From assembly GCA_964188305.1 (NCBI GenBank), contig OZ076886.1: a DNA stretch of 64,000 nt; one strand, given 5' to 3'. The notes under the pieces were generated by a model, which saw only the letters and a list, made by a program, of their open reading frames with translations, searched no databases and had not been told where the DNA came from. Positions 13,159 through 26,277 of the stretch are shown one piece after another (the stretch's first letter is position 1; every line of letters starts with the position of its first letter). Made by a program: the position numbers and the translations under genes. This DNA is from Podarcis bocagei. Taxonomy: Eukaryota.

Positions 13159-13779
13159 TATTTTATGAGTTTGAGTTTTGTATGCCACCTTTCACCAATA
13201 GGCTCTCCACCATTATTTTAGGGATGAGTTTTAGGGAAGGATATTAAATAAAGGACATTACTTTAATAGACTTAAAGCTTGGTCTCATTTTTTATCTTCT
13301 CTTGCTTTGACAGTCAGGAATGGAAGAATCTGACAATTTCATTTCTCTGTAATTATTTTAATTTGGTTCTCTGCATTTCAGCAATTTGCAAATTTCTTTT
13401 TAAAAACTCATAAAAATTCTTCAGCAATTTAGGGTGGATTTTTCCTAATAAATGAAATTTTGCATGCAGTTTTGATTAATCACAGAATTTTGCAATCACT
13501 TTTGCAATGTTAATATGCATAATATTTTGTAAACATTGCATGGTTGGATAACTGTATTGTAAAATTAAGATGTGCACAAATTTCAGTGGGTGGCTATGTT
13601 GTGCCCCCCCCCAAAGTGCAAATTTGAATGATTTGGGTTTAAATGCTAACTGAATTGTGTTTACCCCAACCCCATTTGGCACTGTGGCAATCTGGACTTA
13701 CCATTTATCCATAGTTTTAAAATGTTACTTGAGAAATTTTGAAACTGCAAATTTATCAAGGTTATATCTTCTGTTATAG

Positions 13780-13842
13780 GCAATTTTTGAACTTTCACAA
13801 GGAGAAGAAGACTTGATAGAAGACCTGAAGTTAGCAAAGAAG
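13780..13842 (+). CDS. ARHGEF3: ARHGEF3 coding exon, DH domain start (AIFELSQGEEDLIEDLKLAKK)
   Basis: Canonical AG/GT, 63 nt. Confidence 0.96.
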
Positions 13843-14030
13843 GTATTCTATACCCTTAATTATTGTGTGCCTCTATTGAATTTGTTCACAGGCAGTTTCT
13901 GTGATCTGTGTGTACAGATTAATTCAAATATATAAAAACTTTAAGGCACAAGAGCCAGAGTTTAAATGCTATCACCAATAATGGAATTTCAAATATGTAT
14001 TTATTTAATGATTTTTCTATCTTTGTGCAG

Positions 14031-14127
14031 GCTTACCATGACCCAATGCTTAAACTTTCCATAATGTCAGAGCAAGAATTAAACCAAATATTTGGGACAC
14101 TGGACTCTTTAATTCCTTTGCATGAAG
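14031..14127 (+). CDS. ARHGEF3: ARHGEF3 coding exon, DH domain (AYHDPMLKLSIMSEQELNQIFGTLDSLIPLHE)
   Basis: Canonical AG/GT, 97 nt, phase 0-1; inside ORF 13995..14264. Confidence 0.96.
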
Positions 14128-15584
14128 GTATAATTCTTTCTATTCTATATGCAGTTGCTAAGTGCCAAATAAGTTTGAGGAGCATTGTTTGCCCACAGGC
14201 TCTGATCCCAAAAGACAATGATTATTCTTACTTGAAAATAACAAAGAGATTTTCTTCAGGCTAATAACTGTACAGCCCTATCAGCTGTACTGTTGAATGG
14301 AATGTGCAGTGAATAGTATGAAGGGTGGTGTAAAAGTGTTTTAAGTAAATAATATACAATAGAACTAAAATTGAAGCATGTTACCCTCCAAATTATTTCA
14401 ATGAAGACATAAATATATTTGTCAAAATTCAGTTGAATTATATTAGGCTGCAGACTGGATAAAAACCTCTACAAAATTTATCTGTGGAGGAAAAATGTAC
14501 ATTGGAATGGGCACTTTTTATTTTACCTTCACTACAGAAACATTAGTGTCATTAGTTGTCATTCCTGTTTGTTGACTCCACAGCTTCCAACTTCCATTGT
14601 CAGTACTGACACACATCTGGGAATCGGTTTGGGTGCTATCAGAAATTATATTTACACAGTTAAAGTTTCATTACGAGAGTTGAATGTTCCCAACAGAACT
14701 TAAGTCACAAAAAAATAGATGAAAGTAGATGTCTAAATGCTGGGGAGGGGGGACAGGGACTTTTCAACCCAATATAGGTTTTCGAGAGGCATATTGTAAA
14801 TATTTGTGCATTTCAACTTCTTAATAAGATTTGTATAATCATGATTATGTGTGCGTGTGTGTGTAGATAGCAGATGGTATTCATATGTTTCTAGACAGAT
14901 TAGATATAACTATTCATTGAGTCTCCTGAAATTACTGTTTTTAGTTGAAAGAAATTACAAGGAAGGGCTCTGATTCAGATTTGGAGCACCTGTGCTGGGG
15001 AAGAGGGTTGACGCATTCATGTCTGTGTGAAAATTTAAGTCCTGACCTAATTTTTCCTCCCCCTGGATGGGGGATAAATACCAGCATGATACCAGCTGTA
15101 TTTCCCCCTAGGTGAGCCTACTAGCAGCTTCTTTGGGTGGGATTTTGGTTGGGAAAGCAGTTGTGGTGAGGAATGGTTACACCCTCTTCTTTTCTGTAGC
15201 ACTACTGCTTCCGTCAAAACCAGAGTTCTCGGTTCCTCTTTATTAAAAATAGAAACGTGGGGAAAACTAATCACAGTTCTCCCGTGCCTTGTATAGTTTG
15301 GCACTGAAAGAGGAACACTAGCAGGGTGTATCACCCAAGTTTGTGTATAGCCGGTTTCTCATGGGATAGTTCACTGCTTTGTGAAAATAGGGGTCTTGCA
15401 TCATTTGACAGGAGTTTTATTAGCAAATAGTGATAAACAGGCAGATGGTCAAAGGCAATGAAAGGCTCTCAAACAGTACTTGACAGGTTGAATTTTACTA
15501 TAGAAGAGTCCTCAGTATTCTTTTACAAGCTGACCCCACCCCACCCCAATTAAGTTTTTCATGTTTTTCATGTATTTACATCAG

Positions 15585-15661
15585 ATCTTCTTAGACGGCT
15601 AAAAGAAATTAGGAAGCCTGATGGATCTACAGACTGTGTTGGCCACATCCTTGTGGGCTGG
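15585..15661 (+). CDS. ARHGEF3: ARHGEF3 coding exon, DH domain (DLLRRLKEIRKPDGSTDCVGHILVGW)
   Basis: Canonical AG/GT, 77 nt, phase 1-0. Confidence 0.95.
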
Positions 15662-16879
15662 GTATGGAAAACTTTCACAAATGGTTAATTATGTTTTCTT
15701 TTTATATGCTTCCTCATTTTTAAGGTTATAAAAGTGAAAACTATCAATTGTTAAATGTGCAAAGAATGGGCAGCGATATTGGGATTAACAAACAATCTTG
15801 TTGCAATATTGTTAAGTGAATTGCATCAGTTAATTAATCTAAGCCATGTTTGATCTGAGAACTAGTACCAAGCGGTAACACTGCAGGAAGGGTAAGGGTA
15901 TGGGGACTAACTCTGTGTTACGTAGGAGTCAAGATCAGTAGTGGCCAGTGTGGTGGGGCAGAGCCATGCAGCTGCCCTCCTGATACCAGCACCACTACTG
16001 CTTACCTGCATATGGCTGAGGCAGGACAGTGTTGAAGTTGGAGCTTTGCAGATGCACCAGCACAAGAACCAGATTGGCTCCCCCAGCGCATCTGCGCAGT
16101 CCTGACCTGGCCTCTGTGTTGTCCTGACAGACCCCTATCCAGATAAACTGTACAATGCTAGTGCCAGGACAGCAGTTGTGAACCACCATGCCAGCTGCTA
16201 CTGGACAAGTTTCAACTTACTTTGTTTCAACTCACAGCCAGATTTCCATATTGGCAAACAGTAAAAGTTTCCATATGTTTATTCTTATTTATTGAATTTA
16301 TATAGCACCCTTCATCCAAATATCAGAGGGTGTGATCTGTTTCGTAAAAGAGTTGGCTGTATTGATACAATAGTAGAAACCACCCATTGCTACTACCAAT
16401 TGGAGAGCCAGCATCATAGCTCTCCCCCAGACTAGTAAGAATGCATAATAGGGCCTTCTGGGCAGCGACTTCACAGTGATGGAATGCAATTCCTGCAGAG
16501 ACTGCTATCATCTCTTGGTGTTGCCTCTGTGTTTTTAAAGGTTCCGTGGAACAGATTTGCATTTTAAAATATTGTAAGCTGCTTTGTGTAGGACTTTCTC
16601 AAAGAGTGGAGCATAAATAAATAAATAAGTGAGTGCATCTGGCAATATGGTGTTCCTAGGCAAAGTGTAACATCCTAGCAGGTAATACCAGTATGCCACA
16701 TGGAATTTCTGTGTTTTACTGGCTCAACTGATGTTGCACTCATTCTAAACACCTGCTTATTGGATTGTAAGTTTCTAAGAAATATTCCCAGTGACATTAC
16801 ACTGCTAGATGGTAATAAGTGACAAAATCAGGCTTCTAACTGATATCGTCCAGTAGTAGCAATTATCATCAATTGTATT

Positions 16880-16906
16880 TTCAGTCAGATGGGTGGGATG
16901 ATGATG

Positions 16907-16959
<53 letters not shown>
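16880..16959 (+). repeat. Retroposon 3' tail remnant expanded into a (GAT)n(AAT)n microsatellite
   Basis: CAGTCAGATGGGTGGGA followed by GAT/AAT repeats; related tails near 25430-25460 (minus) and 29013-29088. Confidence 0.75.
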
Positions 16960-16983
16960 TCCAAATATTTATTTTTCCTTTAG

Positions 16984-17241
16984 CTGCCTTGTCTAAATTC
17001 CTATGATAGCTACTGTAGCAACCAGGTAGCTGCCAAAACTTTGCTGGACCAGAAGAAGCAGGATCATCGGGTTCAAGACTTCTTACAGCGTTGTCTAGAG
17101 TCACCTTTCAGCCGTAAACTGGACCTGTGGAATTTCCTTGATATCCCAAGAAGCCGTCTAGTGAAGTACCCACTACTGCTTAGAGAGATTCTGCGACACA
17201 CGCCAAACGATCATCCAGACCAACAGCACATCGAAGAAGCT
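16984..17241 (+). CDS. ARHGEF3: ARHGEF3 coding exon, DH domain (LPCLNSYDSYCSNQ...LDIPRSRLVKYPLLLREILRHTP...EEA)
   Basis: Canonical AG/GT, 258 nt; contains the DH conserved-region-3 motif PRSRLVKYPLLL. Confidence 0.97.
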
Positions 17242-17385
17242 GTATGTGTTTCAGCTAATTAATACCTTATCTAAAGGGCAAATCATTAGAAGTAGATTCA
17301 CATATCTTCTCTCAGAAAGATGTGTGTATATTTCCCTTCTCTTGTTAGGTTTCTGTGACTTTTTAGGCTTCGGGTATTTTTAAAT

Positions 17386-17753
17386 GGGACGCGGGTGGCG
17401 CTGTGGGTAAAACCTCAGCGCCTAGGACTTGCCAATCGTATGGTTGGCGGTTCGAATCCCCGCGGCGGGGTGAGCTCCCGTCTTTCGGTCCCAGCTCCTG
17501 CCCACCTAGCAGTTCGAAAGCACCCCTAAGTGCAAGTAGATAAATAGGTACCGCTTTATAGCGGGAAGGTAAATGGCGTTTCCATGTGCTGCTCTGGTGC
17601 CGGTTCGCCAGAGCAGCTTCGTCACGCTGGCCACGTGACCCGGAAGTGTCCTCAGACAGCGCTGGCTCCCGGCCTCTTAAGCGAGATGAGCACGCAACCC
17701 CAGAGTCGGTCACGACTGGCCCGCAAGGGCAGGGGTACCTTTACCTTTACCTT
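17386..17753 (+). mobile_element. Sauria SINE, full length, CpG-rich (young)
   Basis: Starts GGGACGCGGGTGGCGCTGTGG, B-box GGTTCGAATCC, (ACCTTT)3 tail; imperfect TSD TATTTTTAAAT/TATTTTAAAAT. Confidence 0.92.
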
Positions 17754-18907
17754 TATTTTAAAATTGCTTTACACTGAGTAGCTCAAGTGGCCCTTGGAAT
17801 GCACTTTGCAGAGGAAGTATCCACTGACCTGGTGTGTATATGGATTCTGCCATTCCTTTGGTAGATGTGATTTGTGTGAGTGTGCCAGGTGCAACATGTG
17901 CCATTACACTCATGCAAACTGCTACTGGAAGTACTGGTTGCATCTTTGGGCAACCTGGGTCATTTGCTTTCTCCCTGTAGCCACTTCCCTGATGCAAGGC
18001 TGATAGCTTAATATATTGTTGCATGCAATCATTGGTGATATCCAAAGCCTTACATATGCTGTGGCTTTTAGTTGCCTCTTAAGAACATAATACAGCTTTC
18101 CCCCCTAAACTTTCCAAAATTGACCAAAAATTAGTGTTTTAACAGTACCACTCATCTGTCATGTTCAAATAGCAAGGGCACAAGAGAGCTGTTCTCATTA
18201 TTCCCACACAATTTTGGAGCTCCTTCTCCTTGAAAATGTGGTGAAGCCTGAATTTGAGCATCTTTCAGAAAGCCTGTAAAACTGTTTTTCTTTCAGTTTT
18301 TTTTTAATGCTTCAGTTAAACAAGAAGCTTGGGGAAAATAGGTTTAATATTTTTTATAATTCAAGGAAATTGTGGGAAGAAACTTCACATCATTGGCCTT
18401 CGGATTTTATTTTTTAGTACCATTCCTATTACATACTGCATCCTAAATTGCTGTTTAAACTTGAGAGAGTATAAACTGTTAAACTGATTGGGCTCTGTAA
18501 CATGCAAAAAAGTAGCAGTTATCTAGGAATACAAAATACAAAGCCCTGCTGTATATATGTAAGCAGAAAGGAACGATGGGGATTTAAACTCTTTATTTAG
18601 ATTAATTGAATAAAGCAGTTCTGTTTGCACGACAGATTTCCTCTCACATATATGTAGCATACGCCTGCTCACAGGACATAATGAAGATGTTCTTGCTTAT
18701 AGAATTCCTGTACATGCATTGGAGCCAGATTGATGCTTAAAATGGAAAAGCCATATTGAAGTACCAAACACTCACATGGCCTCTTTTTGCTCATTACAGA
18801 AGTCCATCCACCCATTTTGTTTTTCCAACTATAAACCTATTAAGAAATGCTTTCAAAATTGGCTTGGCAATTTATGACTTATTTGTAACCATTCTCCCCC
18901 TCCCCAG

Positions 18908-19078
18908 ATTAATATTGTCCAAGGAATAGTGGCAGAAATCAACAAAAAGACGGGTGAATCTGAATGCCAGTATTACAAAGAGAGGCTAATCTATCTCGAT
19001 GAAGGCCAAAAGGACTCCTTGATAGATGATTCACGTGTCGTGTGCTGTCATGGTGAACTAAAGAACAACCGGGGAGCG
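18908..19078 (+). CDS. ARHGEF3: ARHGEF3 coding exon, DH-PH junction (INIVQGIVAEINKKTGESEC...HGELKNNRGA)
   Basis: Canonical AG/GT, 171 nt. Confidence 0.96.
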
Positions 19079-19756
19079 GTAAGGAATTAATTTTTAGGAA
19101 ACACAAAATATTGTTTTACCTCTTTCTTAAGTACTGTTCTCTTTTATAATCAGTGAACTGCTTCTTTTTAAATGTAAAGTTGCAATGGTTTGCTTTTGGA
19201 CGGCTGTCATGGGGAAATATTATCAAGTCTCAGAAGTGAGAAAGAGATTGTAACTGCTTTTAATTTAGGGTAAAAAAAAAAAAGCAGGCTTAACAGGGGT
19301 TAGAATAAGGGTGGATAATAGAATAGCTCTTCCTCATTGTGGGTAAGAGAAAAAGTGATCTTTATCTAATTTTAACACCACTGTAATATTTGTGCCATTA
19401 CTGTGGAACACATTTCTCAGAGTGCTTGTAAGACGCCATCCTTGCACACTGTTGTTGTTGTTAGGCAAGATTTAAATATACTAGTACTTTCTTCCATCAT
19501 GGAACTTAAGACAGCATATATCCAATTCCCTGGTGGGATTCCCATACAGTCAGTGGCCTAGACTGAAACTTCCTTACCTTCAGCAAGGTGGTTGCATTGT
19601 GTGCCTTCAGACCATGCCCTTGGACCATTTCCACCCATCTTTGGTAGTATTATTTAACTAGATGCTAGTTTCTTTTTTTAAAAAAACCCTAGAGAAGTGA
19701 TAAGCAAATAATGTATGAGTGACAACTCACAATTATTTTTTATTTTTTTTTGTCAG

Positions 19757-19943
19757 AAATTGCATGTGTTTCTCTTCCAAGAAGTACTGGTAATTACTCG
19801 AGCTGTTACACAGAATGAACAACTCTGTTACCAATTGTATCGGCAACCCATCCCTGTGAAGGATCTTGTGCTAGAAGACTTGCAAGATGGAGAGGTGCGA
19901 TTGGGTGGATCCATACGTGGTGCATTTAGCAACAATGAGAGAA
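19757..19943 (+). CDS. ARHGEF3: ARHGEF3 coding exon, PH domain (KLHVFLFQEVLVITRA...GGSIRGAFSNNER)
   Basis: Canonical AG/GT, 187 nt, phase 0-1. Confidence 0.96.
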
Positions 19944-20867
19944 GTAAGAATCCATTGTATTATATCTCTTTTATAAAATATTGAAATTTAGTCATGCACC
20001 ACAGTACCCTTCCAATATCTTTTCTGGAAGTATAAGCTAGCATGTCTCATTCATATAAAAAAGGCAAACTAATTTTTCACTTTTAAAAAAAGAAGAAACA
20101 ATTTTTTTTTAAAGTAGTATGTCAGCTTACAAAAGCAAAACATGCCAGGAAAGACAAAAGATTCCTTCATGTTTTCTGTTGGATACTCTTGCAGGAGTTG
20201 ATTTTAAATGATAATGCTAAGAACCTCCTGCTCCAATCTGTTCTCACCAGTGGTGACAGACGTTGAGCTTTAAAATTTTAGTGGCTCCCTGTGCAACATC
20301 AGAATTTGGCGCCTTCCACCACCGCCACCTCTTGCCTTTTGTTGCTCGTCATTGCTGAAGGGTCCTCTGTGGCACCCTCTGTGCTCAGTGCCCAGTTTGG
20401 ACAAACCAGTTGCACTTCCCTAAATCCGTCACCAGTGAGAGTTGGTGAAAGAGTTTATCAAGAGTAAATGGCTGCCATCACTATTGGAAGAAAGGACAGC
20501 CCCCCATGACCTTGTCCAGCAGCACTGAATTAACGAGGACAGCACTGTGCATATTCCCAGATACTGACAAAATACTATGAAGAGCAGTGGCATGCTTCTC
20601 ACAAATGTCATTCCCCTCTTTGTCATTCGGTGGTTGCTTGTACTTATAATCATTGCATCATCTGATTGGCTGCTGCTGATTGCCACAGATGGTTAGCATT
20701 GCTGAATTTTTGTGTGTGACCTTCGTTAGAATAAAATAAAATGGTGGGGAAAGAGGTCGATTCTGTAGTAAAACAAGCTGAAGAAAGCAGAAAACATGTT
20801 TTCTCTCAAGCGGGACTGCCCAGCTTATAAACCTTGTATAGTGGTCCACCCATGGCTTAAAACACTA

Positions 20868-21082
20868 CAGTGGTACCTCTAGTTACAGACTCGATCTGTT
20901 CCAGGGTGCCGTTCACACCCCGAAAATTCTGTAACTAGAGCACTGCTTCTGCGCACGCGCATGGCATGATAGAGTGCTTCTGCGCATGTGCTGCAAAACC
21001 CGGAAATATACACTTCTGGGTTTGCCGCGTTCGCAAGCCAAAAAGATGCAACATGAACCTAACGCAACACAAAGTATGACTG
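20868..21082. mobile_element. Tc1/mariner MITE, family B
   Basis: CAGTGGTACCTC...GTATGACTG termini, TA TSD; related to 28515-28760. Confidence 0.8.
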
Positions 21083-21309
21083 TATTTCTCCTTTTGCTTC
21101 TGCTTCCATGGAATTTCTAAACTGTGTGGAAGAAATCATGTGGGAGACTTCATACATGGATGGTGGGCTGCATTTCTCTTAGTGGGATCCAAGTTGTGCA
21201 CTCTTCTGGTACATCATTAATGTGGAAATATGTCTATTAAAAACAACCACACACACACTGCCCTCTTCCAAGAAGCATTGAATATACTAATGTGGCTCAT
21301 TTATTTCAG

Positions 21310-21671
21310 TTAAAAACTTCTTTAGAGTCAGCTTCAGAAAGGGATCTCAAAGCCAGTCTCACTCACTGCAAGCAAATGACACCTTCAACAAACAGCAGTG
21401 GCTCAACTGTATCCGTCAAGCCAAAGAATCAGTCTCCTGCGCATCAAGCGAAATCCGGACACTTGATTCCGAAGACCCCTTACTAACATCATCGAGTACA
21501 TCATCAAGTAGGAACAGAATACCCCGGCAGGAATCTAAGCTTGAGCAAATGGACCAATCAGACAGTGGGTCTGACTGTAGTATGGACATCAGTGAAATCA
21601 GCATTGACTGTGACCACATGGAGCAGACATACCCTTGGCAGACTGACAAAGAGATAGAAAGCAATGTCTGA
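21310..21671 (+). CDS. ARHGEF3: ARHGEF3 terminal coding exon (KNFFRVSF...QANDTFNKQQWLNCIRQA...EIESNV-stop)
   Basis: AG at 21308-09, phase 1, TGA at 21669-71; ends in ESNV, a class I PDZ-binding-type motif. Confidence 0.95.
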
Positions 21672-22896
21672 CAACAACTGCATAGTGGTCTTCTGTGTCT
21701 TACCTGTACAGTATTTGCATTCCGCATATGGAACAAGAAGCACTTTTTAATATTTTTGTCACAATGTCAACTCAGTCTCTATTATATTTGTACCTTTAAA
21801 CCATAGTACTGTAACTGCTGGTGTGCGTAATTTGATATGGCAACTATAATCCTGTGATAATTCTGTAAACATCTCTGTGGCTGAGAGAGGTTATTTGACC
21901 AATTATTTCCAATGTCTTGCTGGTAGATATGACCTCTAAGCTACTGTTTTTATGCATATTACATACCAAGAATCTCTGTTTTATAAAGTGCCCTATTTTG
22001 ACCTCTCACAAGGCAACCACACACAAGGAGATGAACAAAGCATTTTAAAGCTATCACATCTAGAAATTGTTTGTGAATGATGTGTGTAGGTTTCAAAAAA
22101 GCTTGAAAGACTAAAACTAAGAGTCTCATTGATTGATAGGTGACTTTCATCATCTTAATTTAACAGTTATGGCCAGTGCAGAATATGTATTTTCTCAGTT
22201 CACAGATGCAAGCTAAAAGGTCATTTGAAAGTAAGTTGTGTGCCAGTACTGAATCTTCAGATGAAGATTCCAGTTTATATGATGGTGTTTTCTGATAATT
22301 GGATGGTAGTTTACCTACTGTCCCATTTAGAATAAAGCATTAAAAGAGTAAAGAAGCTGAAACATCAAAATACTTCGTTTAAATTGCTGTGTTTTGTTTT
22401 ATGTAGCCCTTTCTGTGTGCACAGCCAGACAGTTTGTATGCAAAATGGTGCTTCTAAAATATTAACATTTTAGCTGTATCTAATGTTATACTGCCCTCAG
22501 GATAGCCATTTTGTGATGTCTACAAAAATAAGCCTTTCCTCTGTCATCCCAGTATCCGCTGCCTGCTCTCTTATGTGTGATTCACAGATACAGACACTTC
22601 TATTAAAAGACCTGTATGGGGAACCTGTTCAGTGTCAGAATTGAGAACAAAGCCCAGGTGGGCTCCCCAGACTTCTGTAACAGGCTTACAGAAAGTTAGG
22701 ACTGGGACTACACCACATGCTAATAAAAATGTTGATTTCTTATTGGCTCTGTTCAGAGAATTAACCTCCATGTTATTTGGGTGTGTTCTGGCTTAATTAT
22801 GATTAAAGTAAGGGGTGACTCTAATTTTATAACTATGGTTTGCAATCATTTTTCTAATGCAACCCACCAAAGGAATTTTGCTTATTCAGGAGTCAG

Positions 22897-22944
<48 letters not shown>

Positions 22945-23780
22945 TATTTGTTTCTAAAGACATCCGCACACAGCATTCACTATTACTGCATCTCAAGAAA
23001 CTCACACCTCAAAAAGTGTTTGACCCACTCTTTCAACCTATTGATCTGAAAATTACATTTGACTAGTTTGGCACCCTTAAAGTAGGTAAAATGTCAATAA
23101 AATTTGTACTTATGAATTAAACTCTAATTTCAAATGTAAGGTTGAACAGTACTGTAATCATGAATTTTACCCTTTCTAAAGAAGGGTCCTGAAATTTGCA
23201 ACCTAGTGCACTGAAATGTTCTCTGATACCACTATTTCCATTTTCTGCACAGTGAGGAGTCTAACTTCAGCACTGCAGAAGCATTGATATTGCCAAAATA
23301 CATACTTGTTTACAGAAAAACTGTAAGAGTAAATAAGATGTCAATTTTAATTTGTAAATATGTTCTGCTGTGTTAGAGGAATCGTGCTGAGATAATCGAT
23401 AAAAAAGCAGGTTAATACCTATATTTTTTCAAACAAAATTATGGTCAATTTTACTCTATAGAACATATTTCTGTATGTATAGGTTTTAAATATGGTTGTT
23501 TTCTATTTCAGGCTTGTAATTTATTTTAATTGCTTCATTTTGGAAGTTGAGTATTAGCCAATCTAGAGTAAGTGGAAGTATTTTTAAAAATAGAAGGAAG
23601 TAGAAAGTATATTAGGATGTGAACTACTGAAATGACAAATACTTGCCAAAATGTTGGAGATACCGTGTAATGTCTTCATTTCAATAATTGATGTATTGAT
23701 TAAATCTCTTTTTTTGCATAATAGCCTTACACTGTTCTCAAAGCATTTCAAATAAATTACACTGAACTGTCTATTTTTTA
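21672..23780 (+). other. ARHGEF3: ARHGEF3 3' UTR with candidate poly(A) signals (AATAAA at 22331, 22722, 23096, 23751)
   Basis: AT-rich, TE-poor sequence after the stop; the AATAAA at 23751 is followed by T-rich sequence. The 3' end is inferred. Confidence 0.55.
22898..22940. repeat. (AC)n microsatellite in the ARHGEF3 3' UTR
   Basis: Seen directly. Confidence 0.95.
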
Positions 23781-24531
23781 AATATATTGTTGCTTAATAT
23801 GCAAAGCTAGATAACCTCACTTTACAAACTTTCTGTGATTTCTGACATCTGTTTTCAGGAATATTTACATTCATTTATAGCTAAACTGAGGATACTTTTA
23901 GTAATCAAAACTAATATAACAAGTTACTAAGATGCAAATAAATTGAGTAGACTTTTTCAAACTTTTTTTTTTTTAATATAAGTTATCCGTATCAGATGTA
24001 ATGTGAAAAGTTACCAGTAGAATGCAATGCATATTGTATTCCTATTAGAAATATTTTGTGCAGTATTCTTCGTCTTTAGTTCACGGCAAGGTCTTGCTCT
24101 TTAATTAGATAGACCAGAAATATGGATTTTAAGACTTATGACAAACACCCTAAATGTGCTCCTCTGGATTAATTTATAACACTTTCCTTTTAGTTTTCAG
24201 TGTAGCAGCACAGCCTGGTTCCCCAACCGTTTTGGATCCCGGTGCAGTTTGAAAAATCTAAGAAAGTGCCATGGGGACCACTGAAGAAAAACTGGTGATT
24301 CCAAGAACCCCTCCCCCCAAAAAACCACGTACCCCCCCAAAAAAGGCTGAAAACTAGACAAAACCACAGGCAAATAACAACAAAAACCTGAAAAATTAAA
24401 ATGGGTGGAGCAGGGTAACTTAGTGGGTGCCAAGGATGTACCTGAGATTGCTGTGGTGCCCATGGCCAGCACATTGGTGATACCATGAATAGCATACATT
24501 TTTAAAAGTACTTTTATTACAGTATCATATA

Positions 24532-25009
24532 CCCTATTTTTCACCCTATAGGAAGCAATTTTTCCCCTCCAAAAATGAAGGGGAAATGTGTATGCGTCCT
24601 ATGGTGCAAATGCAGACTTTCGCTGAAGCTATCCACAAGCCATGGGAGCCTGGCGCGAAGTCGCGCAGCTCTCCCACAGCTTGCAGAGAGCTGCCTGCAT
24701 CCTGAAGCCTGGGGCGCATTGAGCTCAGCGTGCCCCAGGCTTCGAGCTTCACACAGCTCTCAGCAAGCCGTGGGAGAGCTGCGCGACTTCGGGCAGATGT
24801 CCGCAAGCCTGGGGAGACCGGCGCGACTTCCCGCCGGGCTCCCTAGGCTTGCGGATAGCAGTCTATTCTGGGGGCTGGGGTCGGGAAAAGCTAGGGCTTC
24901 CCTCGCCCCAGCCCCACGCCTGGGGGAAAAATAATTCCCCCCTTTATTTTCCCCCAAAAAACTAGGTGTGCCCTGTGGGCCGGTGCGCCCTATGGGGCGA
25001 AAAATACGG
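24532..25009. mobile_element. pogo/Tc2-like non-autonomous DNA transposon with GC-rich internal repeats
   Basis: TIRs CCCTATTTTTCACCCTATAG / CTATGGGGCGAAAAATACGG, TA TSD. Confidence 0.8.
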
Positions 25010-25365
25010 TACATGCTGTTCAAAGCCTACAAAGAGAAATCTGTTAAAATACTAGGCCCCACCAACTTATAAAAGAGGGTATCAGAACTGTTTAAAGTGC
25101 TTTTTTGACGGATGAGAACATCTGTGGGGGGGGGGGAGTATTTGGGGAATAATTCAGTTGAACTGGAATTTATTTGAGTGGAATCTGTGAAGGAACTTAA
25201 CTTAACTCACCTTCCCTACAATGAGTGTTTGGTTGCATTAGTGAATGTGGAATCAACCAGCTAATTTAACAGCTTGGGGCTGAGACCACACCCTTGCCTT
25301 ATATTGTTTGTGGTCTTGGTGAAGCCCCTTTATTCCATCTACTCCAGATAATGTGGACCTCATCG

Positions 25366-25705
25366 TACTCTCCAACATTTCTCCAATGAAAATAGGGACG
25401 TCTCATTCTATAATGATAATTTGACTATTTATACCCCACACATCTTATCGGGTTGCCCCAGCAGTCTAAACAGTTTACAACATATACAAAAGCATAATAA
25501 AACAATAAGCATTTAAAACAACTTCCCTATACAGGATTGCCTTCAGACAGCTTGGGGGTTGGATAACTCCATACCCTCCAACATTTCTCCAATGACAATT
25601 TGGACATTTTAAGGAAACGTTGGACTTTCTGGGATCAAATCAGAAACTGGGATGGCTTCTCTAAATCAGGGATGCCCCTGAAAAATAGGGACACTTGAAG
25701 GGTCT
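25366..25705. mobile_element. Non-autonomous DNA element with a duplicated CTCCAACATTTCTCCAATGA motif
   Basis: Motif at ~25370 and ~25576; CATACCCTCCAA and TTGAAGGGTCTG are near-inverted ends. Confidence 0.5.
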
Positions 25706-26032
25706 GCCTCATTGGAGAGAGAATACCACAGATGGGGAGCCACAATGGAAAATGCTCTTTCTCTTATTGCCACACTCCAAACCTCAGAGAAAGCACCCTG
25801 AGAAGAACCCAAGGGTCCAGGTAGGTTCATATTGGGAGAGACAATCCAAAATATATTGGGCTCCTGAGCTGTAAAAGTTCTTATAGGGTAAATCCAACTA
25901 AGAATGTAACTTTTCTGATAGGGCCTGGACAATTAAGATATTCTGGACACCTGAACACAATCTCCTGCTTCAAGGGTAGAGTCCAAATCCTGGTAGATAC
26001 ATGCCTTGCAAATGTGTCACAGGGGCCTTATA

Positions 26033-26277
26033 CAGTGGTAACTCGGATTAAGTACTTAATTCGTTCCAGAGGTCCGTTCTTAACCTGAAACTGTTCTTAA
26101 CCTGAAGCACCACTTTAGCTAATGGGGCCTCCTGCCGCCGCCGCAGCGCCGCCAAAGCATGATTTCTGTTCTCATCCTGAAGCAAAGTTCTTAACCTGAG
26201 GTACTATTTCTGGGTTAGCCGAGTCTGTAACCTGAAGCGTATGTAACCTAAAGTGTATGTAACCCGAGGTACCACTG
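26033..26277. mobile_element. Tc1/mariner MITE, family A
   Basis: CAGTGGTAACTCGG/CCGAGGTACCACTG TIRs, TA TSD. Confidence 0.9.
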
